Shown piece after piece: positions 34,191 through 46,829 of a stretch of 64,000 nucleotides of DNA. The position numbers were made by a program, and so were the translations under genes. Position 1 is the first letter of the stretch, and each line of letters opens with the position of its first letter. Below the pieces are notes generated by a model. That model saw only the letters and a list, made by a program, of their open reading frames with translations. It was not told where the DNA came from and ran no database searches. The DNA is taken from positions 2,728,001 through 2,792,000 of the forward strand of contig OX337240.1 in NCBI GenBank assembly GCA_946965045.2, in the 5' to 3' direction. Origin of the DNA: Epithemia pelagica (lineage: Eukaryota > Protista > Bacillariophyta).

Positions 34191-37100
34191 TCAAAGGCGG
34201 TGATAGCGGTATTTGAACAAAGGCGGTGATAGCGGTATTTGAACCATGATAGTTCTTTCGGCAGGATCTATCGAACCGTCATTTTCCTGGAGGAGGGAAA
34301 GGATACTGTGGTAAGAAGGGTTAGCGTCGGTGTTGTTGGAAACAAAGACATGCTGGTAACGTTTCTTACCTTGTTCGTCGTCACTGCTATTCACCTCCAT
34401 AACAGCCGAGTGAAAGGAGAGATCCAAATCATCTCCACTCCTACTACTCGTTGTGTTTGCCGTCGTTGTTGTGGTTTCGTGTTCCTTGACCACCGAGGCT
34501 TCCGAGTGTTTGCTCATCATGACCAGCGATGATGACGGCGCCGAACTGGCAGTGATGGATCGTCCCGATCGAGCATCTCCGTCCCCGCTCGTTCCAAGCA
34601 AAAAGGCTTGGGACGACGAAGACTGTTCTGCCGCAGCTTCGGTCAACACTTGAATCACTGAAGTTCCACTCAACAATGCTGGAGGATTGGCTGGACCCGT
34701 TCCATCGTTGGTATCCTCATTGGCTCTGGCGGACGAAGGTGTAGGTTCGGGATGATCGTCTCGTGAGCTGTTCCAAAAGAGATTTCGTCGGCTGCTGTGT
34801 TGTCGTTGTCGTCTCCGTTGTTCACTGCGAACGCTATCGTTACTTGTGGATCGGCTTCGAGTTTTCCAGCTACCCCAGCTAAGACCTCGTTGTCGTTGAC
34901 GTCCATCCGTACTTCGACTTCTCGATCTCCCTCGAGGAGACGAAAAAGAATCGGACCGTTGGAAGAGTGCCAATCGTGGAAAGAAGGAAAACCTTCTTGT
35001 TCGTTTCATGGAGAGATCATCATCCTTATCTCCTTCTTGTTGCTCTTCTCCATCTTTCTTGTCGCCTTGACATGGTGACGATGGTACCGAGGATGATCCT
35101 GTCGCTTTGGATGGTGTCTTGTTGTTGTTGTTGTCCCATGGAAAGCCCCATGAGGACGATGAAGACGTTTTGCTTCGGGTCGTTGACGCGGCTCCTCCCG
35201 TTGCTGCACGAGTATCGGCCGTGGCCACATCTTTGGTATCTTCGACACTACCTTCACAGACTGCGGTGGATTCCGGTGAAGCACTTGTTGTTGTTGTCGT
35301 CGTCGTAGCAGTAGTGGTTGGAACATCGCCCTGAAGGGCCTGGATAATTTGTTGCAATTCCACCACAATTTGCGAAAAGGGTGGTCGTTGTGGTGGAAGG
35401 GCGGACCAACAATTTTTCATCAAGGTTTGCAACTCTGCGGGCCAATATCGTGTATTGGCATGTTCCATTTTGGGTCGTTCCCCACCCAATACCACCAATT
35501 GCGTATGCTTGTTACTGCTGTATCCATAAAAAGGCTTTTGGGCACAACACAATTCCCACAACATGATACCAAAACCATATACGTCTACCGACAAGTCGTA
35601 ATCACTCGAACCCTTGGCCACCTCGGGAGCCTGTCAATCGACAAGGACGGCAACAATCACACGGACAATCAAATAATTTGAGAAACTAATTTCATTTTCA
35701 CAAAAGTACACAAGAGAATTGCTCTGGACAACCACTCTCTCACAAACACATCTATTTACGTACCATGTATCGTCTCGATCCGGTATGGCCCGTCAATCGG
35801 TACGTGCCGGGTGGCCCCTTGATTTCCTTGGCCAATCCAAAATCAAACAATTTGAGTGTCCCCTCGGTATTGAAACCAATGTTGCTGGGTTTCAAATCTC
35901 GAAACATGACAGACAAGGAATGCAAATAGGCCATGGCATGCGCCACCTCCAAGGCAATTTCCAATCGTTCGCGCAATTGCGCCCGTTTGGCCTGTCGCGT
36001 CCACGTGGCGGCCCCAAACAAGCTGGTGACGACACGAGTGCCCGTACCAGCCGTACCGCCGGCGGGGCGTCGTCGGCGTCGGTGTGGAAGACCACCGCGA
36101 CGTTTCATCCAAAACGAAAAGGCCGTCGTTGTCGCCGCCGTAGTCGCCAAGTGATTGTTGTTATTATTGTTGTTGTTGGTAGTGGCACCTTGGATGCAAA
36201 ATCCCGACGACGATGCTGCTGCTGGAGACGAACGACGTCGCGCCCATACCACATTGGAGGCTGTATTGCGAATCATGTTGGACCACATGGTGGCCAAACT
36301 CATGGTCCATGTCGACATCCACGTCGAACCCGGTCGTCGGATTCGTGGAGTGGTTGTGAGTTGTTGTTGTTGCTGATTGATGGACCGTGCCGTAAAGGGA
36401 CCCTTGAGATTCAGAGTGTTCGTAGTGTTGGATGCGGCAGTCGTTCGGTGGTGTTTGTTGTGGTGGTTCGCCGACGATGGTGCCAAGAGGGGTGCCGTGA
36501 CATCTTGTTTTTTCCATCCATCAATGCGTTGTTCCAGTGTTTCCACGAGTCGATCCAGGACCAAAAAGCATCCACCCAATCCTCCATTGCGACTGAGAAT
36601 ATTGGCTTGCATGGACCCGGCGGCAATTCCATGCAATTGAATAATGTTGCGGTGCGACAAGGTTTGCAAAAAGTAGGCCTCGACGGCCAAATCGGCCGCT
36701 CCATGTTTGAAATGATGATAATCTACCATGGCGCGTCGCCGCAAATATTTAATGGCCAATTCCAACGTTTTGGTAGTGGTAGCAGTAGTCGTTGTGGTGG
36801 TAGCCGAATGGCTGTCGACATCGTCCTCCAAATCGTCTGATTCTTCTCGCTTTTCTTCTTCCTCCTCCTCCTCCTCCTTTTCGTTTGCTGCTACTCCAGT
36901 ATCCTTACCACTATCCTCGGTTTCTTGTGGTTTCGTCGTCGTTGTTGTTACGGTACATTGACTGACAATGGAAAAGCCTCCTTCGCCCAATTTGGGACCA
37001 AGAGTAATTTGATGGGGTGCAAATTGGGTAAAGGAAATGTCGTCGTGGTGGGTAAACAAGCGCGATCCGACAAAGAGTTCTTGCACCGTTTTTTGCGTGG

Positions 37101-37449
37101 TCCGTGCCGCCACCAAGGCGGCCCAGGGACATACCACGCCATAGGCTTCGCACAAATTGACACATTTCTTGGCCGTGGCGCAACATGTGGTTATTGTGGT
37201 TGTGGTTGGACTGGTGGTGCACGTGGCCAATGTGCCCGTGGTCGAGGAGGCAAATGGTTTGGGAGTGCCACTGGAGGTGCTCGTACTACCGGTAGTAGTG
37301 CGTCCAACCAACCGGGGAGAGGAGCCTGTGGAGATTGCTCCTGCTGCCGTGAGTTTGGAAGAATGGTGATGGTGTGACGGTTTGGTGGTGGTGGTTTGCT
37401 TCCCAGAAGAAAGCAGGGAAGAAGTTGTGGTGGTTGTTGGTTGCTTCAT
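34191..37449 (-). CDS. Protein kinase (TKL-like), exons about 37449-35764 and 35630-34191
   Basis: LGEGGFSIV, LAIKYL, FRDLKPSN, DFGLAKE, RRYM/APE across a 133-nt GTACGT...GACAG intron (35763-35631), DVYGFG. First ATG at 37449. Confidence 0.92.
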
Positions 37450-38773
37450 GTTGCTGGTGTCTAGAATTTGCCAAACCGGAGCTTGTTGTTTCGTTCTACG
37501 ATTCGTCTCTTCTTCTTCTTCTTCTTTTGGTGTGTGTCGCTCGAACCAGAGAGCGCACAGTGCAGCCAGAAGAATCAAGTATCTGGTGTAGAGCAACTCT
37601 CTCTCTCTCTCAATCGTGAAACTCAATCCACAAAGGGAAAAAGATTATGGTTGCCTTTTTTGGGGATTGGTTGTGGTTGGATATTATTCGCGCGCTCGCT
37701 GCTCTTCCACCATCGAACACACTGCCACTATACACAGACTCTGGTTGTTGTTGTTGTTGTTGTTGTTGTTTTCGGTGTTGGTTGCTATACTATAGCCAGG
37801 AGGAGGATCCTGCTCTCCACAGCAACTCTAGGTTGAATCAAAAGTCTGTGGAACACGAGAGACAGCAGCCACAACACTACACAAGAACACGTTTGCCTCT
37901 TCTTGTCTGTATTGTTCGGGTTACGTGTGGTGCAACGTAAGATGATCTGCCTCTCTATTCTTCTCTTGTTCTGTTGGTGTGTCTGTGTGCGTGTGTATGG
38001 TTCTGGTTCCTTCCTTCTCTGGTTGGAAGACAAGAGGTTTTTCGATTTTGTGGTTTTGTGGTGCTGGTGGTGCTGCCACCACCACCAGCCGCACCACCGA
38101 CGCTTCTTCCACTGTCTCGTTTTTTCTTCGCCCCTTTTGAAACACAAGACAAAGTGAAGGATAACGACGTCCCACCGACTGCAACAGGCACTCCCTCGTC
38201 GCTCCCAAAGAGTACACCCAACCGCACGTCCTGCTCTGCCATGGAAACCCCAGCGAGATATATTCCGAAACAACGGATTGGACCTTTTGTCGAATCCGTT
38301 TTTATGGGACCAGAATCTGACGATACCCGCTCAGGTGTCCAAATTAACGCGAGCACGCCTTCTTCGCTCTTGGCTCGCGGTTCGTACGGAATCGGACACG
38401 TCCGCCAAATGGGCCAACCAAAACCACACACACACCACACACACCAATGGTCGTTCGTTTTCTTCTTCCCACTCCAAACCGAGAACTTATTGGCCACCTG
38501 GACGAGGGGTGCGTCGTCCCCGCTGGGGGATCTGACAGACGGACCGAAGGAGGTGAGTGAACCACAAGGCTATCATGCCTACAATATGCCTATGGCTCTC
38601 TCGTTCTACTAGAGGAGTACTACTCCTAACTACTCCTACTCGTGAGAGCACATTCGATGGGACAAACCAACACACAAGATAAGTCTGTCCGCGAGAAATG
38701 CAGATTCCTTCATCCTTCTTATCGAGATTGTTGCGGAGGATGTGTGCTATTATAAATCCAACGTCGCTCAAAG

Positions 38774-38899
38774 CTTTCGAACAGGTGCATCTGTAGATCG
38801 ACCTCTCTTTGACTGTTGCTCCGTATTCAGCCTAGCAGCATTCGAATATTATTACTTGTCGTACCCTTTCCCTCACCACGTACTAGTGCTCCCCAGGTA
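38774..38899 (+). repeat. Inverted homologue of the intron region at 41878-42012
   Basis: TTTCGAACAG/GTGCATCTGTA...GACTGTTGCTCCGTATTCAGCCTAGCAG...GCTCCCCAG/GTA shared with the reverse complement of 41878-42012. Confidence 0.8.
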
Positions 38900-39145
38900 C
38901 TACTTCCTCACGTCACCATCCAAAGGCTTACGTACCAACCACTGCTGAAATACTTAAGATTTACCACCATGAACCACGTTCCGAATGTACCTGTCCGACT
39001 TGAAGGGAATTTTCGCATATTGTGTCCGTTTGTAGGATCTACGTGGCCACAATAGAGTTGCGAGTAAAACACAACAACACCAGACGCGAGGGACTGGGGT
39101 AACATGGAAAACTCGTCGAGAGCAGCGACAGTGAGGAATTGTGAC

Positions 39146-40749
39146 TTTTGGATGGACCGACCAACTATGTTGGGACTGGATGGATATCGTGATTCTGGTG
39201 GGCTCTAATATTCTCAGTCAAGTGTGCTTTTGCGCTTTTTGGAGTTCTGCAATTCCACGGCAGCAACCACACATTCGCCTCGAAAGGATGCAGCTGGCTT
39301 GAGTTGCTTTGCAACAAAATCGCAAACAAAGAAAAAGGGGCCCTCAAGCTCTTTGGATGAGGACTTGGGCCGGACATACATTTCATAGCTGTCATGCGCA
39401 GCTGAAACCACCAAGCCAATGACTTCGAGTCGTTCCGCCCGGACGCATGTTTCGTTCACACGGTTGCAAACAGTCTCTCGGTCCAAACCAATAACGATCA
39501 ACCCTTGCAACGTTGCCTTGAAATAATCAGAGTTTTCAGCATTCGCAAAGCGCGCCGCGTACTCGTTGTGATCGTGCTGAAATAAAGAAGCAAAGGAGCG
39601 TGAGGCACCGGACAGAGCAAAAAGAGTGACAGAGGCACGGTACAAACATACCGCTGATCGAGATGCCATGATGCATTCCAGACCACATGTTTTCTGTTCA
39701 TTATATGTAACAACCACATCTATTTTCCCATGAGTATCAAGGGGTGTTGACACGTTGTAATGGAGATTACTCAGCACTTGGACCAGGGCCTGATTGTAAT
39801 TGTCTTCCAAGGGTAAGCCACTCTTGGAGAGTGGTGTTTTCAACTTCTCGGTTTGGGACAGCTCCTTGTCAACGCCCTCCCTGTCAGGCAACGGGTTACC
39901 CACCACCACCGTTGAGAAGGACATGTAGGGAAGGGCCCGAGCCACCATTTTGGATGGACCGACCAACTATGTTGGGACTGGATGGATATCGTGATTCTGG
40001 TGGGCTCTAATATTCTCAGTCAAGTGTGCTTTTGCGCTTTTTGGAGTTCTGCAATTCCACGGCAGCAACCACACATTCGCCTCGAAAGGATGCAGCTGGC
40101 TTGAGTTGCTTTGCAACAAAATCGCAAACAAAGAAAAAGGGGCCCTCAAGCTCTTTGGATGAGGACTTGGGCCGGACATACATTTCATAGCTGTCATGCG
40201 CAGCTGAAACCACCAAGCCAATGACTTCGAGTCGTTCCGCCCGGACGCATGTTTCGTTCACACGGTTGCAAACAGTCTCTCGGTCCAAACCAATAACGAT
40301 CAACCCTTGCAACGTTGCCTTGAAATAATCAGAGTTTTCAGCATTCGCAAAGCGCGCCGCGTACTCGTTGTGATCGTGCTGAAATAAAGAAGCAAAGGAG
40401 CGTGAGGCACCGGACAGAGCAAAAAGAGTGACAGAGGCACGGTACAAACATACCGCTGATCGAGATGCCATGATGCATTCCAGACCACATGTTTTCTGTT
40501 CATCATATGTAACAACCACATCTATTTTCCCATGAGTATCAAGGGGTGTTGACACGTTGTAATGGAGATTACTCAGCACTTGGACCAGGGCCTGATTGTA
40601 ATTGTCTTCCAAGGGTAAGCCACTCTTGGAGAGTGGTGTTTTCAACTTCTCGGTTTGGGACAGCTCCTTGTCAACGCCCTCCCTGTCAGGCAACGGGTTA
40701 CCCACCACCACCGTTGAGAAGGACATGTAGGGAAGGGCCCGAGCCACCA
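39146..40749. repeat. 802-bp tandem duplication of the 3' end of the NTPase-REase gene
   Basis: 39146-39947 and 39948-40749 near-identical, giving a second REase-coding segment at 39214-39947. Confidence 0.95.
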
Positions 40750-41893
40750 AGTCAGCTGCAGTGCTGGGACATGGTGAGATCAATTTTTGCGTGCAGTAGA
40801 AAGGTTCCACCGAGGAGAAAACGTCGTTGTAGTATTCTGCCATCAGAGAATTCGCTAACCCATAACGTTGCCCTATATTGGTCCAATCCAAGCTAACAAA
40901 CTCCTCATTGCTCGTTTTCCGCAGGGGCGCCAAAAACCCTCCAATGGTGAGTGACCTCAGATGTTCGCCAAAGAATTCTTTCCTCTTGGCACCACCAAAG
41001 ACAGCTTCAATCAACTCGGCTGGGATATTAAGAAGATCACTGAAATACCCATTGACGTGAAGAGCTCGAGATTCCATCATGGATCTTCGAAGGCCTGTGC
41101 TCCAGCCTATCTTCGTCTGACCTTTGGCCTTTGCGAATGAAGCCTTGACGAAAGACACAGTGTCATGGATGTTCCACGAAGTGTTGTTCTCTTGCTTACG
41201 TTGAACCCAATCCATAGCCTTCATAAAAATTCCTCGATGGCCAGAGCACAGTTTCAAAAAGAATAGGACTGATGCCTCATCCAAGACAATTCCTGCTTCC
41301 ATCAACCTTTCGGCCAGATCTTTCGCGTCCGGCATGGGGGGATACCACATCTACCTTTTGATCATCTCTAGACGAGACATGTTTTGTTCTGCTTTGTATT
41401 CGTCGGCAGCTGAAAAGAGGAGAATCTTCAGGCGTGGGGCATTGCGCCATTGTGTTGGATGCTTGAAGAGTTGATTTGCCAGGCGGGGAAAGGAGAAGAT
41501 AAGGTGGGCCTCATCCAAGATGAGTGTCTTCTTACTCCTCGACATTGCTTTCAAGACATCCTTGAAATTCGAATCGTTGGGTATGTCTGGGACGTTTTCT
41601 TTGATTGCTTGAGCAATTTCTTTGCGCAGGCCCTCTTCGTCAACAGCAAGGTCCACCATGACGAATTCATGCTTGTGCTTTATTGCAAGATACAGAGCAA
41701 GAGTCGTCTTACCTGCAGCTACCGGCGCACGAATAAAGGTGGGAGCACCGTCTTCTTCCTCAATGATCTTTTTCAAGGCCTCCACGGTACTTTCTAGAGG
41801 AATGAAGACATCGTCTGCCTCTCTCGCTGGCTCTGACAGGGCAAGTTCCTTCGTTCCAGGCATTTTAGCATTGGTATTACCTGGGGAGCACAA
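40016..41893 (-). pseudogene. Crinkler/RHS-like P-loop NTPase + restriction-endonuclease-fold gene with in-frame TAG
   Basis: Walker A APVAAGKTT, Walker B LILDEAH, REase-like LEDNY...GKIDVVV...GLEC. TAG at 41351-53 lies directly before in-frame ATG. In-frame 75-nt intron at 40453-40379. Further intron at 42001-41881 with the upstream exon unresolved. Confidence 0.7.
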
Positions 41894-43090
41894 GAACGCG
41901 GTGAGAGAAAGGGTAAGACAAAAAATAATATTCGACTGCTAGGCTGAATACGGAGCAACAGTCAAAAGGCTGTGCTCCATACACTCCATGTACAGATGCA
42001 CCTGTTCGAAAGACGCCATGAGCTGTGTACGAATTCGGCTTTCTAGCTCCACATCCTCAGTAACTGAGTCTCGATGACACGGCCCCTCACTGTCGTACTT
42101 ACGGGATGAGGGAATCGGCATTTCTCGCGGACAGACCGATCTCATTCTCACGTCTTGTGGCGCAGTCTGAGATGGATGGTTCCTGGGAGAACGGTTTCTC
42201 TGGACCCAAATCGAACGTTGACCGTTCGTGGCAAAGGAATGACTCCTCCTCTTGAATCTCACCCTCGCAATCTCTTGATATTAGTCGTGTCAAGAGATGT
42301 AACTCGAACGGTGATCCTCCTTCAACAATGAGATTCGAGCACAAAAAAACCGTGTCGGTTCGTTTCTGTGGATGAGGGGAGTACATGTGCGAAACATGAT
42401 ATGGGCGGAGCTTCGTCTTTCTCCTCAAAGCCCCAGAAATACGATATAACGTGCCCTTGAATGACTCCGCCACGGATGGACTGCATATTCTGGACCTTTC
42501 ACACCAAAACCGGAACGAAAGACAACAGCAACGACGGACGGTCCTCGACGACGGCGATTTCAATCATCATGGTGATGGCCTTGGACAGCGATGAACGGTT
42601 TTCTGCCATGGCCAAAAACCCGGATATAGAGCCGTTGAACGACGTGCAATGGAGAGACCGCTTCTCCGCCCAATCCTAACTATTCGTTATGGGTGATCCT
42701 TCTCGTACGAGTAGGAGTACATTCGACAAGAGCAGTTCAGCGGGATCCTCGAGACAGGAACGATTAATGAGAGCACGAGTCTACTCTTTACTGGGTGAAG
42801 AGAGTGGAGAATTTCATTGTTTATAAGTAGTATCAAGAAGTACCTAGAGTAGTAGTAGAAGTTTTGGGTTTCTGGAACGAATAAAAAAAAGAATCTTCTC
42901 CCATCTATCCTTCTGTGGAATGGAGGGGAAAACGAAAAAGAAGAAATGGTGGTCGTTTGCGTGTCTGTCACTGTGCGGATGAGGCTTTGCAATGGGTGTC
43001 GGGTTCCGTCTCTGTTGCTATGTTGGTGTTGTCCTGTGTCAAGAATCTCGGCCACAATGCGCGCATGGACAAGAACCGTCTCTTGCTTGT

Positions 43091-44392
43091 TTATTCCCAT
43101 GACAAGAAGGATTGTGGTTGTTGTTGTTGTTGAAGAGAGTCTTGACGCATTTCGGCATCGTCCACCGAAGCCATGAGAGCATCCAAGAGTTCCCCTTGAA
43201 TGGTTTCCAACTTTTTCAAGAGTCGAATCATGCGACAACTTCGTGCGGCTTGATGATACAAGAGATTGTCGTCGGCCGACGAACAACTGGACGGCACCAT
43301 CGCTTGGTGAGTGAGGGGTGTGGTGGTCGTAGGCGCATGGACGAAGCAAGGAGCGGAATCCTGGGTAGTAGTAGCAGCATTGTCCTTTGGTTCGGAACAG
43401 GCGTCCTCCTTTGGTTCGGAACAGGCTGTAGTAGGAGTGGGAGACTTGTCGTCGTCGTCGTCTTTGTTGTTATCCTTGACGTCCATCTTGGTTGCATCTG
43501 AATGGCTGCCATCCGTTGACTCATTCCCAGCGGTTGCTTGGGTGGAATTGGTGGTGGTTGTGCAAGAGACCGTGGCTTCTGCTGCCTTGGAGGAGACTGG
43601 AGGATTCGGGCGTTCAATCGCATTGTCCTCGTTTGACAGGGGATTCTTGGTATTCGTATCATCAGCATCCTCCTCCTGGTGCGAATCCTCCGGCGAAGAC
43701 AGTTTGCGTCGTTTCCCCAGGGGCATGGCAAGTGACACTCGTCGACATTGTTTCCTGTTATGAGTGCTGCTGGATTGTCCCCCTTGTTGTTCGTCTTGAT
43801 CTTGTAGTCGTAGTGGTTCTTGGGTCGAGTAGTCTTGTGATTGCTCGGGCGAATATCGTTGTTCTTGTTCTTGTTCTTGTTGGTGTTGCTGCTGCTGCTG
43901 AAACTGGAGTAGCATGGAATTGACTCGCATGGCTTCTTGACAAATGGCCGACCGTGCCAAGGATCGAGATCGTCTCATGCTCTTTTCCAATTTGCCCAAC
44001 ACTTGGTCCATGGGATAACCAAACTCGAGGATACCAGAAGACGAAGGAGGAAGAGGTCCCACCAAGGGAGCCTGTGGAGCAGCAGCCGCAGCGGCTGGTA
44101 GGGAAACTCGTGCTTGCATCTTTCTCGAATTCTTGGTTCGGTAGTGACTGCTACTCTTGGTTCGGGGAGACGCGGTACGAGAAAGACTGTGGACACGATC
44201 CTTTTTGGCCGCCGCAATGACGGCCGTCATGGGAGAGGGGCACGATGATCGACTTGTAGACATGGGTGGCAACCAGGACGTGGAAGATCTGGACTGTGGA
44301 TGATAATGATGGTGGTGAGCAGGAGGATGAGGAGCACACTGGGGAAATTCTTCTTCTTCCAGGATAATGGCAATTTCACCGGTACGTGACAT
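43091..44392 (-). CDS. Low-complexity hypothetical host protein
   Basis: Long open frame, first ATG 44392, Q/S/T-rich like neighbouring host genes. Confidence 0.65.
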   Translation of the reverse strand: MSRTGEIAIILEEEEFPQCAPHPPAHHHHYHPQSRSSTSWLPPMSTSRSSCPSPMTAVIAAAKKDRVHSLSRTASPRTKSSSHYRTKNSRKMQARVSLPAAAAAAPQAPLVGPLPPSSSGILEFGYPMDQVLGKLEKSMRRSRSLARSAICQEAMRVNSMLLQFQQQQQHQQEQEQEQRYSPEQSQDYSTQEPLRLQDQDEQQGGQSSSTHNRKQCRRVSLAMPLGKRRKLSSPEDSHQEEDADDTNTKNPLSNEDNAIERPNPPVSSKAAEATVSCTTTTNSTQATAGNESTDGSHSDATKMDVKDNNKDDDDDKSPTPTTACSEPKEDACSEPKDNAATTTQDSAPCFVHAPTTTTPLTHQAMVPSSCSSADDNLLYHQAARSCRMIRLLKKLETIQGELLDALMASVDDAEMRQDSLQQQQQPQSFLSWE

Positions 44393-45989
44393 TGTCTTCT
44401 TCTTTTTTATTTGGCGCAAAGATGAACAACAACTGTCCCAAGCGTTGTCGTTTCTGTTGGTTTGGAGTAGGTTGCCAAACGAGTGGACCAAAAGATTATG
44501 AGAGGATGCCGCAATGGAATGCTTTTTTTGGATTTGGATTTGACACCTCTTGCCACTCTGTTTTTCAGTTTGTTTGGAAGAATGAATGAATGTGAGACGA
44601 TTTCAATAACAAAACAATGCCAAGCAGTGTACATGCACCATCCATTCACACGGATTGTTTTGTAGGAGTTGATTGGATAATGTCGATAGAGTTCTCACTT
44701 GATTCCAATGAGATACAACCCTTCTTTGTTCCCTCTTATTGTCTTTTTTTTCGTTCTACAATAGCATACCGCAAAGACAAATTGTGTGTCCCTTTGGTGG
44801 ATAGTTCTGCTTATGTGACTCAACAGTCTCACTCTGGGAGACAATAATTGTGGAGAGGTCACTGTCCAGTAGAAAGTAGTATGTTTGGATCGACTTGGAA
44901 TTTGTGGAGGGCCATTCCCACGACTGGTCTCTTTCAACGGGCGGAAGGAGGGTCTCGCGCAGTGAGACGACCGAGGATACAACACAAACTAGACTGGAAG
45001 ACGAGGTATTCAGAAAGATGCTCGTCCACCCGACCAAGCATTGCTCCACCATACAATGTTGCGCATTCGTGTGGGATGCCAATAAAATGTGAGACGGTCG
45101 GGTTTTCCAAAAGTGTCTCTTCCGGCTTGTTCCGGATTGAATTTTATTGCCCCTAATTCCCGTTGGTGTCTCAGGCTATTGAGACGATTCAATCACGCAT
45201 TGGATCCTAAATGCACTGTTACCTGCCCCGCGCATGCACGAAATTGCCCAGTCACGAGTGCGCCATAGAAGCGTGTCTGGCCAGAGTTTGTCGATTTAGA
45301 GAGATAGAGTCCATAGTCTCTTTCCGCAACAATCCGTCGGAACCACATCTTTATCAGCTAGCATCTGAATCAAGTCCATGATTCAATGCCGTGCCCACTC
45401 CCAGGTTTGTATACCAGCAGGTCACACAATAATTGTTCACAATTCCCTCACATCTCTTCCACGCCCAGTTCACTACGTTCTCTTTCACTTGTTTCTTCAC
45501 CGACGCGGGATTAAAGATTCAGTCTAGGTACAAAAGATAGATGCTGCAGGTAGATACTCTCATCATCCTTACATCATCGACGTCTTTCTCGACAGCAGAG
45601 GAGCATCTGGATGGGGCACACATACGCACAAATGTCGTCATGCCTCTTCACTTTTTTGTTTTTGTTCGTCCCCCTTCCAATCAGTCCCGAGCGCGACACA
45701 AGGACGATGCCCACAATCAAAACACAATCGTGCGTAGTGATAGAATGTCTATCGTGCCAAAAATACAACCACAACAGCAATAACAACAACAACAATAACA
45801 GGTGACTGGAATCGTAAATCCTACCACACAGTTGTGCCCACTAACTTCGTAGACACATCCGCACCGCTTTTGCTCGTAGTTCCGACTATTGTCCGACCTC
45901 AGAGAGTGTCTCTACTTCTAGCATGATAGTTTCGGGGGTGCCGTACACCCAATTGGGATTCTATAAATTTAACAAAAGAGAGTCTACCA

Positions 45990-46205
45990 CACCTGTTGGA
46001 TTCGCATTTGGTGTGTAGCTCTACGGTTTGCTGCTGGAAGAAACACAAGCCAACGGCTCTAATAGTAGAGAATCATTCTACGTCGTATCAAGAGCGTCCA
46101 TTGCACCTCATGGATTCGCATTTGGTGTATGGCTATACGGTTTGCTGCGGAAAGGGACACACAAGCCCACGCCTCTACAAGTAGAGAATCATTCAACGTC
46201 GCATC
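45990..46205. repeat. Two diverged tandem copies, period about 114 bp
   Basis: TGGATTCGCATTTGGTGT...AGTAGAGAATCATTC at 45997 and 46111. Confidence 0.75.
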
Positions 46206-46829
46206 CTCATCACGAATTCTTGACCAATCTCTACCACCACCTGTAGTACCAAAATCGTGGAAACGTTTTTTTCTTGGTCCAGTCTTTGGCAAGAGTAGTA
46301 GGCGTTTATCTCGTCCCTGGAGCCTCTCTTGATCCCCATTCGTATCATTTTGCTCGTTGTAGGTGTGTGAATGAGAGAGGGAAGGAGTTTCACCGCCGAC
46401 ACATTCGAGTTTTGGTCGTCGTCCTGCTGTGTAAGTTTGTGGTTGTGGTTGTCCTCCTCTCAAGAACATAGTCGTGTCCGTACCACAACGGTCCACCCAA
46501 TCCCCAGAAAGCGAAGAGAGAGTAGGTGTGAGTGCTGGGAGCGAATCGACCATCCGATTCTTCATTCTTGTTGTGGTTGTGGTGGTTGTTGTCATTGTTC
46601 TCGTCCACATGCTCCGTATAGAAAAACGACTCGTCGTGTATCGTTGGTTTGAACCAAACTTGGAGAGGAGGAGGTGTCTCTCCACACACTCTCCAGCCTG
46701 TTCTGGTCGTCTTGTCGTTTTTCCTCTGGCTCCGCGTTGGTTCCTCTTTCGTTGTCGCTGCAGTCTGCAGGAGAACTGTTGGTTCTTGTCGTCGTCGTCG
46801 TCGTTAGGAGTAGAGTGTCGTCCTTCGTG

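Noticed and set aside
37974-38612. 212-aa ORF upstream of the kinase
   Set aside because: Non-ATG start, low-complexity origin and no motifs.
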